From positions 248,001 to 312,000 of the forward strand of contig CM068769.1 of assembly GCA_035084275.1 (NCBI GenBank): DNA of 64,000 nucleotides. Reading direction: 5' to 3'. The notes under the pieces were generated by a model, which saw nothing but the letters and a program-made list of their open reading frames with translations, ran no database searches and was not told where the DNA came from. Made by a program: the position numbers and the translations under genes. This document shows, one piece after another, positions 11,640-25,254 of this stretch; position 1 is the first letter of the stretch; each line of letters begins with the position of its first letter. The stretch comes from Hydrolagus colliei (taxonomy: Eukaryota).

Positions 11640-12879
11640 GAACTTCAAGTGAATTTCTCTCTAAAATACCATTTAAAATACACCCATCACTGCAGTCTCC
11701 GCCCCCTGCCCCCCACAAACACCCCATCCCAATCAGTTTGTTATCATCAGCATCTGTTTGAAAACCAAGAAGCTGGCAATGATTCGCTCTACAGGGATTC
11801 AACTAATCATTTTAATTCCTGGTCGCTGCTATCAGTACATTTGTTCCAATTCTTATCACAGAAGTCTGTGTATTTTGAATCACAGCAACACCAGCTTGTA
11901 TTTGAACAGCACCGCTCGCAAAGTGTAGTGTCCCAGAGCTCGACACGGTGGTAACGTCTGGCGTTGAGCCAGGGTAGATGGGGAAGGGATCGTAGGTACA
12001 ACCAACCCCACATTTATACGCTCACCATCCTCACATTAACCCACAATCAGTCTCTCCCAATTCTCACCCACTCCCATCGCCATCATTTTCTGTCTGCGTG
12101 AAATAAGTGTAAGTATCAATTGCTTTACAATGTGCTCAACTTTGTAGCGTGTTGGAACTCGAACTGTTCAGAGAATCCAAACAAATCCCTGATATTTCTG
12201 TGCAATCCACCAATCTATTGAATTTCCCATCCAATCGAATGGAATGTGCTCTTCCTCGCAATGGAAGTATAGAACATCGCTAACCAACTACAGTGAGGAT
12301 AAAGTGCAAACTGGCAAGACTGTGCGACGTCAAATGCTGGATTATATCCATCTGAATCAGCAGATGTTTGCTATTCAGAGCACTGTGTAGGAAGCTTTCG
12401 CAGTGCTTCAATCAGGCGAAGCTAACGCAAAATCACTCTTTAATGGATAGTACAAGTTGTTCTCCTGGCTGCTGAATCGACAAAAAGAATCGTACAATCC
12501 TGGAATGAACAGGGTGTCACGAGAGCGAACGGTGTCCTGTATGTTGGAAATGATAGAAGTGAGAGAAGAGTGGGGGCAGTGTCGGTACTGTGATGGGATG
12601 GTTGTGTGACAGCTCAAGCGCGATGGAGCGATATAAAGGGGGTGAGAACTCGCAACATTGACACGAGTGAGCGTTGACATTTTGGCAAGAGTAACTGTCA
12701 ATGCTGGGACTATTGTTGAACGTGGCTGTTTTCCTATGTTTTTTGACTTAACGTCACTGCGAGTCTTTTGGAATAAGGGAGATTGAGTGGCTAGAGTTGC
12801 TGAGCGATGGAACTAACTAATACTCCACTTTCACTCGCTCAGCATTATCAGCCAGGGTGACCAGCTCATCGCTAACATA

Positions 12880-13420
12880 ATAGTGACCAGATATGGAGTT
12901 AAATTCCTCACGTATTCGGATGACAACCAACTCTATCAATTTGCCTATACTCTAGACTCCAGGAATAGCAGTGTCCTGAAAGACTGTCTTTCAGGCACAA
13001 GTCCTAACATTCCCCAGTTAGCAACTTTCTCCAGTGGAATTGTTCAGAACACCGAAGCCCTAATGATTGACTCGCACCAGCGCCTTCTTGCATCAGGCGC
13101 TGACAACATTTACCTCCGTGGTTGCACACTCAGCTTCATCAAACCAGTCAGGGACCTGGTTGTCTTGTTCAACTCTGAATTGACTTTCCTCTCCCACATC
13201 CAAGCAATGACTCGTTCTGCATTTCCGCATCTGTGCCACATTGCCCGATTCCGGCCATAACTCAACCGCCAAAGCCCTTCAAAGCCTCTTGCACACATTC
13301 ATACACCCCGGCTCGATTACGCAAGCCACATGCAGGTCGGCCTTCCCAATTCCTCCATCTACAAACTGCAGCTAATCCAGAACTCTGCGGCCCGTGTCCT
13401 TTGCCGTTCTTAGCACTATT
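12880..13420 (+). mobile_element. Degenerate L2 LINE RT fragment
   Basis: ORF 12883-13260 contains YSDDNQLY and KPVRDLVVLFNSELTF, similar to the L2 at 53094. Confidence 0.75.
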
Positions 13421-14649
13421 TGCTTTGCAATGGCAACTTTACAATTTCAATTATAGCGAATAGCTGGTCACCAACACGCGGTTGATCATGTAAGAAACTG
13501 GAATAATGCTTCAAATATTGAGTTGCTGTACCAACACTTGCATTTACGCATTGACGCAGACTAAGTTCAGAGCAGAGCTAAGGAAAGGCGTAACGTATCC
13601 GTTTCATATCATTGCTAGTTTAATGATACAGCATAATCGATACAATGTGAGGAATGATGTGGCTACACATAATGTTGAACTTCAGCCACACTCATGAATT
13701 GTTCCACAAGCAGGGAAGCGTTCAAATATTATGAACAGGACTCAATGATGTATGGTTAACTTTCATCTCCCACTTTCCCCCCCGAACCTCTCTTCCCCTT
13801 TCTCCCCTGGCTGTTCCGTGACTGTTTATGCGCAATTTGGCTGCCGCTTTTCGACCACAAATAGACAGTCGGATGTCCTGCTCTCCTTACTCCTACCGCG
13901 AACTCTCCTATTACCCTCTTTTCCAACTATCTCCCATAATCCCCATTCCACAATTGTTTGTAGGATAGTGTTGTGCGTAATTTGGCTGCCGCGTTTCGCC
14001 CACAAGTATACAGTAAATGTTCCTTCTCTCTTTCCCCTACCCAAACTCTCTCATCTTGCTGTGGTCCCTAAATATTTGTTCAGCGCCAAGTGATGTCATT
14101 CCGACGTGAAACGCACCATATAAATGTAATTTTTACTTTGATTGCAGTAAAGTAACTATTTGGAAAATGGAATCTCCTGCTCTTTGAAACAATTCGAGTG
14201 AAGGTATCATAATTGGTGAAGGAATATTTGAATTAGGATCCAATCAGCTTTTCCAACGCAGATATGTGATGTAACTTGATTAAATATATTCTACGTAGTG
14301 CTGAAGTACATTTATTTCGATGCATATACGCATATGCATTGGTAATGAAATAAAATGTATTGAGTTCTCCTGAATATCTGATTTTGCTTGAATGACTTGT
14401 TCAATATCCATAAAGTAAACATTGAATGAACAAAGGTAATATCCATAATTTATGTTAAATGCTCCTGAGACACACAACTTATAATCAGTTAAAGAAAAAG
14501 CTGAAATACACACCTGTGTTGAAATGCTCAACGACTGTTAGCAAACTATCGAATAGACTGGGAAAATCTCTGATTGATATGGTAACCCAAGCAAGGGCAA
14601 ACTGCCGACAAGCGTACCCCAACGATAGACATACGAAACAACAACAATA

Positions 14650-15400
14650 AAATTACATTGATTGTGTGCCTTTCACGTAGGGATGTCGTCCCAAAGCGCT
14701 GCACTGTGTGTCGGGAGGCAAGCAGGGAGGAAGGGGCGTGGCAGGGGGAAGGGGAAGGAGACTAAGAGAGTGGGTGGAGTTAGGAGGGGGCCAGCAGGGT
14801 CCGAGTGGGCTTGTAGGGGGAGAGTAAATTGGTTAACTAGGGCGGGGCAAGGCCATGTAAGGCCTTGAAGGTGAGGACGAGGATCTTGAACTCGATCCTC
14901 TGGAGGATGGGGAGCCAGTGGGGACAGGCGAGTGTGGGGATTATATGGTCGCGGAGGCGGGTGCGGGATAATACACGGGCTGCAGAGGTTTGGATGCCCT
15001 GCAGCCTGTGAATGGAGGAACTGGGGAGGCCGACGAGGAGAGATTTTCTGTAGTCCAGCCTTGAGTTGAAGTATGCGTGCACGAGTGTTTCGGCAGCGTG
15101 GGGGGTAAGATAATTGCGGAGCCTGGCAATGTTGCGCAGGTGGAAGTAAGCGGTGCCGGTCAAGGCATGGATGTGAGGGAGCAAGGAGAGTTTTTCGTCA
15201 AACGTAATGCCGAGGTTCCTGACTGGCTTTGTGAGGTGCAGAGTACAGCCTTGGATGTTGAGACTGGCAGCGCCTGAAGTGCGGATGCGCTGGCTTGAAC
15301 CGATCAGGAGGGCCTCGGTCTTTCTTACGTTCAATTGGAAGAAGTTGTCCCTCGTCCAGGACTCAACGTCGGACTTTCTGAAACATTGCTGTGCACATTT
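14650..15400 (-). mobile_element. L2 LINE 3' fragment
   Basis: ORF 14837-15436 ([20 protein letters not shown]...[11 protein letters not shown]...) near-identical to the L2 at 53094. Confidence 0.88.
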
Positions 15401-15739
15401 GGCTGCCACGTTACGGAAATCGAAATGTACAGTCAACTCACTTTTGGGTAAATTATGTGAATCGTGTTGAGATACCTCAAAATTATTCCGAATAATTTTA
15501 CGATAAAGAGTGGAAGGAATATTATGCTAGTTTTGTAAAATACACTTGAATATATTTAAACTCGAGAATATTTAAAAAAGTGACATACGGCAAAGCAAGA
15601 AGAGAGTCATTGAGATCACTGTGAACGTATAGCACATAAGCATCCTGGTTGGCCACTTGTCTTATTTTAACTCTTCAACGTGCGGCTGTTTGTTGTGAAT
15701 GTTAATGAAATGTGAAGTCACCCAGCCACTGAACCCCAG

Positions 15740-16690
15740 TCAAAACAGCGCCCCGCAAACCAATCCCAGTTCAGCCCAACCAGAGTACCGACCAATCAGC
15801 CACTGCCCTGCCCATTCATAGCCACGCCCATAGAGTCACGAACTCAAACACACAGTCACTGCCCAGCCCACAGTCAATTCTCCGCCCATAATGTAATTAC
15901 ACCTCCCACGGAGAGTACTAACCAATCAAGCACACCCGTTCCCAAAGATAGACCTGTCCACATATTTACTGCACCACCCACACAATGACTACCCCGCCCA
16001 CACAGTCGCTGCTGCGCCCAAACAGTCACTGCCCCGCCCTTACAGTCACTACCCCGCGCTCACTTTAATTACGCCGCACACAGAGAGCCATTCAAACATA
16101 TCCTGGTCCCAAAGGTAGACCTGGACACAGAGTCACTGCACCGCCTACACAGTCACTGCCCCACCCACACAGTCACTGCCCCACCCACACAGTCACTGCC
16201 CCGCCCACACAGTCACTGCCCCACCCACACAGTCACTGCCCCGCTCACACAGTCACTGCCCCGCCCACACAGTCAATGCCCCGCCTACAGACACTGCCCC
16301 GCCCACACAGCAATTACCCCTCCCACGGAGAGTACTGACCAATCAAACACACCTTTTCCCAGAGATAGACCTGCCCACATATTTACTGCCCCGCCCACAC
16401 AGTATCTGCCTCGTCCATACAATAACTGCCCCGCCCACACCGTCGCTGCCCCGTCCACACAGAGTCACTGCCCCGCACACACAGAGTCACTGCCCCGCCC
16501 ACACAGAGTCACTGCCCCGCCCACACAGAGTCACTGCCCCGCCCACACAGAGTCACTGCCCCGCACACACAGAGTCACTGCCCCGCCCACACAGAGTCAC
16601 TGCCCCGCCCACACAGTGTCACTGCCCCGCCCACACAGAGTCACTGCCCCGCCCACACAGTGTCGCTGCCCCGCCCACACGGAGATCCGT
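15740..16690. repeat. GC-rich minisatellite, 20-22 bp unit ACACAG(AG)TCACTGCCCCGCCC; purest part 16130-16685
   Basis: Direct tandem copies visible, with degenerate flanking copies. Confidence 0.92.
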
Positions 16691-19380
16691 TAACACAGAC
16701 ACTAACGAGCCCGCATGGTAACTCTACCGAACCAGTCACACACATACAATGTCGGGTCACTCATTTACTGCCCGTTCCATGAAGATCACCGCTCACTGAG
16801 TCACCGCCCACCAATACAGAGAACGGCCTATTCTGTTAATGCGCCACCCACGCAGAGCTACGTCCACAGAGCGCACCGCCCTCACATGAAGTTAATGGTT
16901 AAACCGTACTGTCGACCTGCCTGTTGCCAAGGGCCAGACGTGGTCACAAAATCAGGCAATCAGCTTTGTTAGCTCTGGTGATTCTGGAATGTCACTGAAA
17001 CAGATTGGCTGTCTTCGTTGCACCCAAAGATATTTTCAACACAAGATCACGTTCGTAATAATACGATTCTGAGCAAAGATGATTGGCATGACTTGGTTAT
17101 TCATTTTGCTCTCTTCATGGATGCTGCCTGACCTGTTTCTTGTTCCAGCGGCGTCGTCTGTGTTACTGCTAGATTACCAGCGTCTATCGAAACTGGCTCC
17201 TGGGCACAGAATGGGAAAATAAAATGCCTCTTCTGATCCTAAGTTAAACAGTGTCCTAATCAATCTCACCTACGCCCGCGAACCCTGGCTCCCCAATTTT
17301 CAGACGATCGAATTAAGAACGTCTCTCTCACTTTCAGGCCTTGCCCCTTCTTATCCCATTGACCTGTTGACTTGCTACCCACATGACCTCCACCCCTCCG
17401 CTTATCGGGCTAAAGTTTCATCCACTTCTCCCGCCCGACCCTCCTACTATTGGTGGCCGGACTTTCAGACTCCCTGACCGTCCACACTCTGAAACACCAA
17501 CCCACAGTCCCTTCGCCTAGCTTCCTCCCTTAACAACAACAACAACTTCGATCTATATAGCGCCCTCCATGCCAGATGGCGTCTCAGAGCCCTTACCCGC
17601 TCGAAGACGAGTCGCAAGACTCTCAATTTCGATCCTTCTACCACCCTCCCAAGTCTCTTCCCACTCTTCCACATACGTAGTCTCTCTCACACACCATGCC
17701 ATTCCCCCAAACTCGGGTTGCTATGTCCTCTAGACCTGAATGGCCCTCTACTATTGTAATTCTGTACGTTTTGTTACTGAACTACACTATGCTAGTTTTT
17801 ATCCCCCTCCGAAACTCAACCAGAGCATGCTACCATATTGTGGTTCACAAGATCTAACCCACTTTAACCACAATGTGAATCACTTTTGGGCGGCTGTGCT
17901 TTTGGTAGACAGACACTGAAATAAAAATCTTGCCACAGAAATTGCTTTTTGAGCAAACAAAACCTTGTGTTAATCAGTCTAGTGAAACTGTTTACAGTTC
18001 ATCTGATGCAGCAAAAGTCTGTACGAGGGAACCATGACAACTGTAACAGCAAGCACCTGTTATTGCTGAGAAGGCCTTTAGTTATACAAAGCAAGTTGAT
18101 TTCCTGTAAGTTGCAGCTCACGTTACATGTGTATTTAGTGCACCAAATGTTGGTGACTGTTAGCTACTGCACGTTCACAATCGAAGTCGTATAATCTAAA
18201 TGGTGTTTCGGCCCTTCGTATCTTCGATGGTCCTATGATCTCCACTGGAAGTTTGTATCTTAGTTGACACCTGTAAGCTATGTGCTGTGCCTGTTAACTC
18301 GCCGAACTTGGCGTCAAATATTCATATTTGTAAACGGTGTGTCTGGCAACATTTCAACCTGTCGGAAATAGAACCCAGGTCTGTCGCTTGGAAGGAGAAT
18401 GTTCTATATCACTGATCTCTGAATATTAAGAATTTGGAATGCGAAATCTAGCAAGCCTTTTATTTGGATCAGAGGCATACGAGGCGATAGCTTTAGATTT
18501 TCATGTTTGGGACATTGTCAGATCGATACTGATTTGAAAGCATTGATACTTAACAATCTCTGAAAGTCCAAAATTCTTCGAAAATCATGTGGCCTGTACT
18601 GTACATTATGTGTGGTCAACATTTAAATTCACCTATTCAAATTCCTGCAGGTGTTTCTGTGATGTCTTCCATATAGTCTGGAGTCGTGTAGCCCAGTGGT
18701 TAAAGCACTTGCCTTACAGATGTGAGATCTGTGTCTCGAATGCAGGCAGTTCAGTGTGAAACCTTGGGCAATTTTCTTTAATGCACCTGTCTAATAACAA
18801 TCCGTCCGAAAATAAACTGAAACGACAAATTGATCATTCCAATCCACGACTGTTTGTGGGGATGTTGCTGTGAAATTGACAGTCAATTCACTTCACAGTA
18901 TATTCTATGAAGCGCCTTCCGACATCTAGAAGCCGTGAAAAACGCTAAAGCAAATGCAAGGATTATAATCCCTGAATTACTATCTCAAATAATATTTTCC
19001 CCAAGCCCAGCTCCAAGGATCTCGATATACACACGGTATAGAGTCTTCTAGTATTGAAAAAACAGCTCGCAGTTTGTACTGCGAAATGAATAAACTGTCT
19101 ATATTATGGGCTAAATGCGGCAGCCAAGTGCGAACCTCAGCATCCCATAAGTATCTTGGATTGAAGAATAAAAAAGTTTAAAATAGTTATTATTATCCCC
19201 AGGAATGCGATTCGCCAATCGATCACAAACCGGGTTCTTACATATTTCAATGTAAGTAGATGCGTGTGGAGTAAGTCAGCATACTCAGGGAACTGAGTGT
19301 GTCACCCTGAGTCGATTCCAGCTCAGCTTCCCTTGTTTGCAACGCAGGGTCTCTAACCATTGAGCTGCAGTAACCCCAGC

Positions 19381-20472
19381 ATGTTTTTTACAGGTCTTTC
19401 TTAAACACACAACACTGCTATCTGCACAGAAGTAAGTGGCGGAGTCAGACACTCCCACATCTCTGATCGTTAACGTGCAATCTTTTTCTACAGTTAAAGC
19501 ATTTATCCTCTGTTTTGCCTTCTCTCTTGATCCCAACACCAAGAAAATGATGTAGCCGTTTCCATACTGTTTGTACCATTGGAAGTATGGGATAGATGCA
19601 GTGCTTCTGCAATCTATAGTTGCATTCCCATTTTCATTCGCTGTCAGAGCCTGAGGTCTCTGTGACACTTCGCTTTCAGCTGAGACGCCTGGGGAAAAGA
19701 AATGAACATTCTTGAATAGTCAATCGCAAAATATCCGCAATAAGATAAAACATTTTTTTTATCAGGAATACCAAAATGTCCTTTTGTCCAATCTGATGTT
19801 CTACTTACACAAGAGTGACATCATTAATTTAACAATAATATATGGTGCATTGTACTCCAGCTTCATTCTCAAGTCTCTTCTATTCACGTCAAGATTTCTG
19901 ATTGATGTACAGCTAAAAGCTGATAAATGTTTGTGGAACGCAGTTAACTGTGCAAACTATATATTTGATCTCGGTTAATCCTTCATACACTTCATGTATA
20001 CTTGTTTCTGCTGAATTAATTCGCCAATTGGCTTGCGAAAAAGTTACACTGGCTGCTGTTTAGCTAATGCTTGCATGTATGTGGAGTGACCAAACCCACC
20101 CTGACTGAGTCCTAAGTACAGCGATAATTGTGGCATAATAATAATAATGAATCATTAATAATATTATTCATTATTAATAAAAATAATGAAATGCAAGGAA
20201 AAATAATCTTTGCATTTCATGTAGCGCTTTCCACATCTGCAAGTCATCAAAAAGCGCTTCAAGGAATCTAATGTAAAGTTAATTGACTGCATATTTGTGG
20301 GTTGAACGCGGTATCCAATTGCGCACAGCAGTGTCCCACAAACTGTCGTGAAATGAAATGACCAATTTATCATTGTTTTATTTGAAAGGTAATTTTTAGG
20401 CTTGCGTGTGGACGTAAGGAAACTTTCCCCAAATGTTCGCCCTGAAATGCCTAGATTCTAGCATCCTTATTC

Positions 20473-20538
<66 letters not shown>

Positions 20539-20906
20539 TCGCTAAGAATAGTTAGCGAACACCCAACTTAATCCATTGGCGGTTCACTTTGCTGGAGGTA
20601 ATATTCCGCACCTCTCAGGTGCTGCGCATCACAAGAAAGCAATACTCAGTTATTTTTTAAACTATTATTATTTATGTTAGTGTTAATATTGATGGCATGT
20701 CCTGTTTAGAATTTTGATTACGCCGGGTAGCAGGTCATTAATATAGTTATTCTTTACCTAAGTTATATTAAATATATTAGTGTTATCTCCGTCCCAAACT
20801 AGACTAAAAGAAAACATAATACCGTAGTTGACAAAACCTAATACGTTTGTTAACAGAGCGAGATCCACAGGAAGGTGAACGCTTATTTTGAGTAAGACAA
20901 TAACAT
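19381..20906 (-). pseudogene. TCR alpha-like V family 2a (segment F): open V exon ~19418-19688; leader 20823-20906 with 1-nt deletion and stop; RSS destroyed
   Basis: Leader ATG TTA TTG TCT TAC TCA AAA TAA (84 versus 85 nt); heptamer position reads AGCAGTG; nonamer position reads AAAAAACAT. Confidence 0.87.
20474..20536. repeat. (CA)n microsatellite
   Basis: Direct observation. Confidence 0.95.
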
Positions 20907-22808
20907 GAACATATGACACGGACATTATATTTTGAGCAATTAAAACTTGTCATAATCGTGGTGCAGACAAACCATTGAACATTTCAGCAGAAGCAGCAAT
21001 GATATACAAGATATAACCAATGTGGACTGTAACAGGAAGCACCTGTTATAGCTGTCAAGGTAGATTATTACAGATAGGAACATGGCAAGCTATGTCAACT
21101 GCAGTGGATGTCATACGTGTGTTTAGTGTGCCATCCGCTGGTGGACTGTCGATACTACACGTGAAAAATCTGAAAGCGAACAGTTTTTTGTCAAGCCATT
21201 CTTAAGGTTCCTGGTACTTTCGTCTCCAATGGAAACTGATACCTTATTCCCTTTTGCTTGTTTGTTCGTTGTATTGTCTGATACAAGGAACAAGCTTCAC
21301 TGAGACGTTCGAATTCATTCTCATTCACAGTCTGTTACTGTCCAGTCTGTTACTTCCATGAATGTTTGTGGGATACTTATGTATGCAACTTGGCTGCCGC
21401 TTTTCGCCCACAGGTATACAGTCGTCTTTCCTGCTCTGCATCCCCCCTGCCCTGAACCCTTCCCTTGCTGTCTTCCTGCACCCCCCACCCCCTTTGCCCC
21501 TTACTCCCCACTCCATGACTGATTTGGGACACTGCTGTGCGTTTCACCCACAAAGATACAGTCAATTTTCCTACTCTTCTTCATCCTGCCCTGACCTCCC
21601 CCCTGCGTAACTGTACAGCGCCATGTGACATCCACTCGACCTGAAAGACGCTGTATAATTGTACATTTTTAGTGATTGATTGATAACTCTGCTTATTGTT
21701 TCCACACTTTAATTGTATTCCTTGCTCTAATGCTGTAATGATTGATTATATTTTGCTGAACCTTGAGCTGCTATTCACTGTTTGCATATCAGCAACACTA
21801 AATTGATATCTATAAAGCAGCATTCACTTTGGGATGACGTCTGAAGGCACTGCCTGTACTAATTCAAAAACAACAAAAGCAGATTTACATTTACAGAACG
21901 TCGTTCACGTCAGGTGGGGTAGTGGGGAGGGCCGTGACGGAGGAACGACTGGAGGGAGAGAATTAGGAGGTGAGAGAGAGAGAGAGAGAGAGGGAGCTGG
22001 GAGGGTGGCAGGAGCCACGGTCGAAGAGGCGGTTCTTGAGACCGTTCTTGAAGAAAGCGAGGGAGGCAGTGAGGCGAAGGGACTGTCGGAAAGGGTTCCA
22101 GAATGTAGCGGAAGTAAGTCCGTCCACCGATGATAGGGCGGGTCAGGCGGAGGATATGGAGCAGATCGGAGAAGGCTGAACGGAGCTGGCGTGGAGCTAC
22201 ATAGGAGGACAGCAGGTCGGAGAGGTGGTGGTGGGAAGGGATGGAGACGGGTTGGATCACGGGGTTGGCAAGGCCGTGAATGGCCTTGAAGGTGTGGAGG
22301 TGGATTGTAAATTCGTAAACTGGATGATAATTGACAAACAATCTGCATTTTTATTTATGTTGCATAAACACAATCATGTCTTCAGTGTCTGCTCTATTTC
22401 GAACCATTGATTGAACCTGTTGTATCTGCACATCGAGACCTGGTGTCACCACTAATCCAAATATGTCAAGCTGAGCATTGTCAATGCTGTTTATTAACTG
22501 ATATGTCCACCGAACAGCCCAAAAAAACAAGACCTTTGCAATTGTCAGTGAAAATAACATGGTTATGTTTAACAGTTATATTAATGCTTCCAATTGACTC
22601 AGTGTCATATCAAATATTTTAAAGTAATTATTACCAATGGAAAAGCAATGTACCAATTAACTAACAAACGGGTTTGAACTTACTGCTGGGTAAACAGGGT
22701 ATAGTTTATGGAAACTTCACAAAAGATTCGTTCTGCAGGGAATTGTACCCAGTATCCTCGCTAGCGATATGAGTGCTCTAAACACTGAGCTACACGACTA
22801 CACTTGGC

Positions 22809-25254
22809 AGTTTTTGTAGGGCGGAAGAGGTGATCTGTGTCTCTGTGGGGCTCAGTGCACAGTAATACACCGCCGAGTCAGTAACTCACTTGGGTTATAT
22901 TTAGCGGGACAGTTTTTCCCACTTTATCCACAATCGTTTGGAAGCGCGTGTGTGTAAAGTCGGCATATTGTGGTCTATTGCTAGCGGGCGTCCTAAGGAT
23001 ATATTTTGGAGCTGTGTTCGTATATTGGCGGTACCAGAACTGATTGGGAGTGCTACTTGTGATTGTATAATTACACCTCAGATACACATCCTGCCCTTCC
23101 TTCCCTGTCACGGTAGATTGGTGCTGTGTCACAGAGTCTCCTCCACAATGGCCTGGAAAACAGACACATGTCAGCGTTCAGTAGAATAACAACAATAAGA
23201 TAGTAATGCAGGCATATGACAAAGTTACATCTTGCTTCTTCGCGATGACTAAACGTCAACTATACTGAATATAGGGTAAATCGTACTGTCTGTTTACTTT
23301 ACGGACGAAACATTCATACACTCATAGCTTCATATACTTTTACGGCACAAAAGGAGGCCATTCGGCCCATCTAGTCTGTGCCGGCTCTTTGAAAAGAGCG
23401 ATTCAACCCCACTGCCCTGCCCGCTCCCCATAGCCTAATAGACCTGTTCTCCCTAAATAAAGATCTAATTCCCTTTTAAAAGTTGTTATCGAATCAGCCT
23501 CCACCACCTTTTCAGGCAATGCATTCCAGATTCGAAAAACTCGCTGAGTGAAAACATTTCTCCTCAGCTCCCCTCTACTTCGCCTTGAAACTATTTTAAA
23601 TCTGTGACCACGAGTCACAGGTTCGCCCACGAGTGCAAATAGTTTTTCTCTATTTGCCCTGTCGAAACCCCTCATGATCGTATAAACCTCTATTAGGTCT
23701 CCCTTCAATCTTCTCTGCTCCAGAGAGAATAACCCTAGCCTATCTAGCCTCTCCTCATAGCTGAAGTCCCTCAATCCTGGCACCATCCTAGTAAACCTTC
23801 TTTGTACACTTTCCAATGTCTTCACATCCTTTCTGTAGTGTGGTGACCAGAATTGAACACAGTATTCCAGCTGAGGCCTCACGAACGTCTTATAGAGGTT
23901 AGTCAGCACTTCCTGACGTTTGTACTCTATACCCCTATTTATAAAGCCTAGTATCCCATATGCCTTCTGAACAGCCTTGTCTACCTGTCCTGCCACCTTC
24001 AACGAGACACTAACACAAATCCCCAGGTCTCTCTGTTCCTTCACACCATTTAAAATTGTACTATCTAGCGTATATTGCCTCCCTTCATTTCTTCTCCCAA
24101 AATGCATCACCTCAGACTTCTCTGCATTAAACTTCATCTGCCATGTGTCTGCCCACTTTACCAATTTGTCTATATCCTCTTGCAGTTGGCTACTATCCTC
24201 CTCACTATTTACTATTCTCCCTAACTTAGTGTCATCTGCAAACTTGGAAACTGTAGTCCGTACACCCAAGTCCAAATCATTGATGTAGATTACAAACAGC
24301 AATGGTCCCAAAACTGATCCCTGTGGCACACCACTGCTCACTTCCCTCCAGTCTCAAAAACAGCCGCTCACTACAACTCTCTGCTTACTGTCTCGCAGCC
24401 AGTTGTGGATCCACACTGCCACTGTCTCTTTTACGCCATGGGCCTTTAATTGCCTAATACGTCTCTCATGTGGCACTTTGTCAAATGCCTTTTGAAAGTC
24501 CATGTAAACTACATCAACTGCGCTACCATTATCCACCCATTCCGTTACCTCATCAAAAAATTCTATCAGATTTGGAAGGCAAGATTTGCCTTTACCAAAT
24601 CCATGTTGACTGTCCTTTATTAGCCTATATCTTTCTAAGTGAAGATCTACCTGTCCCTGATTATGGACTCTAGAAGTTTGCCCACTACCGACGTTAGACT
24701 GACTGGTCTGTAGTTACCAGGCTTGTCCTTCTGCCCCATTTGATACAAGGGAGTAACATTAGCTATCCTCCAGTCGTCTGGCACGACCCATGTGTCCAAG
24801 GAAGATTGAAAGATCGTGGCCAGAGTCCCTGCTATTTGCTCCCGTGCCTCCCTTAATAATCAACGTTGCATCCCATGTTAGCCAATTTTACATAAAAGTG
24901 TTCCACAAACAGTCATGGATTGAGTAACTATATTATGATTAGCAGTATCACATACTTGGAGATAATTACCCTCCAATAAAGCAATCGGGAAATGGACCAT
25001 GTACAAATTTACTTCTCAGTGTTCATAGCAATGAGTGATGAGTGAATAAACTTGCCTAATATTTTGCCCTCTCCCGGCTGTGAATGGAACCCAGATAATC
25101 TCGATTGTGACAACTCTATAAAGCTTGTTGTGTATTCATCATTTTAAGCAATCAACACTGGGCTGGATAATAAGTGCAGTTGGCTGACATGTATAATGAG
25201 TGTATGGCTTACCTGACAAGGCAATGATGGCTTCTGCCACATATATATATACAT
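22809..25254 (-). pseudogene. TCR alpha/delta V family 1 (segment G): RSS CACAGAG-23-ACAAAAACT (22809-22847), V exon 22848-23152 with 2-nt FR3 deletion, leader 25213-25254 with +2 slippage, CR1 in the intron
   Basis: CAA GTG AGT TAC TGA versus CAA GTG AAA GTT ACA in segment D; leader 42 versus 40 nt. Confidence 0.88.
23314..24877 (-). mobile_element. 5'-truncated CR1 LINE inserted in the intron of V segment G
   Basis: ORF 23403-24341 ([14 protein letters not shown]...FADDTKLG...) plus ORF 24354-24536; the paralogous intron at ~8215-8230 lacks the insertion. Confidence 0.93.

Noticed and set aside
16950-17215. Possible highly decayed V exon (FQITRANKAD-like words with a frameshift)
   Set aside because: No Cys/Trp framework or RSS recoverable by eye
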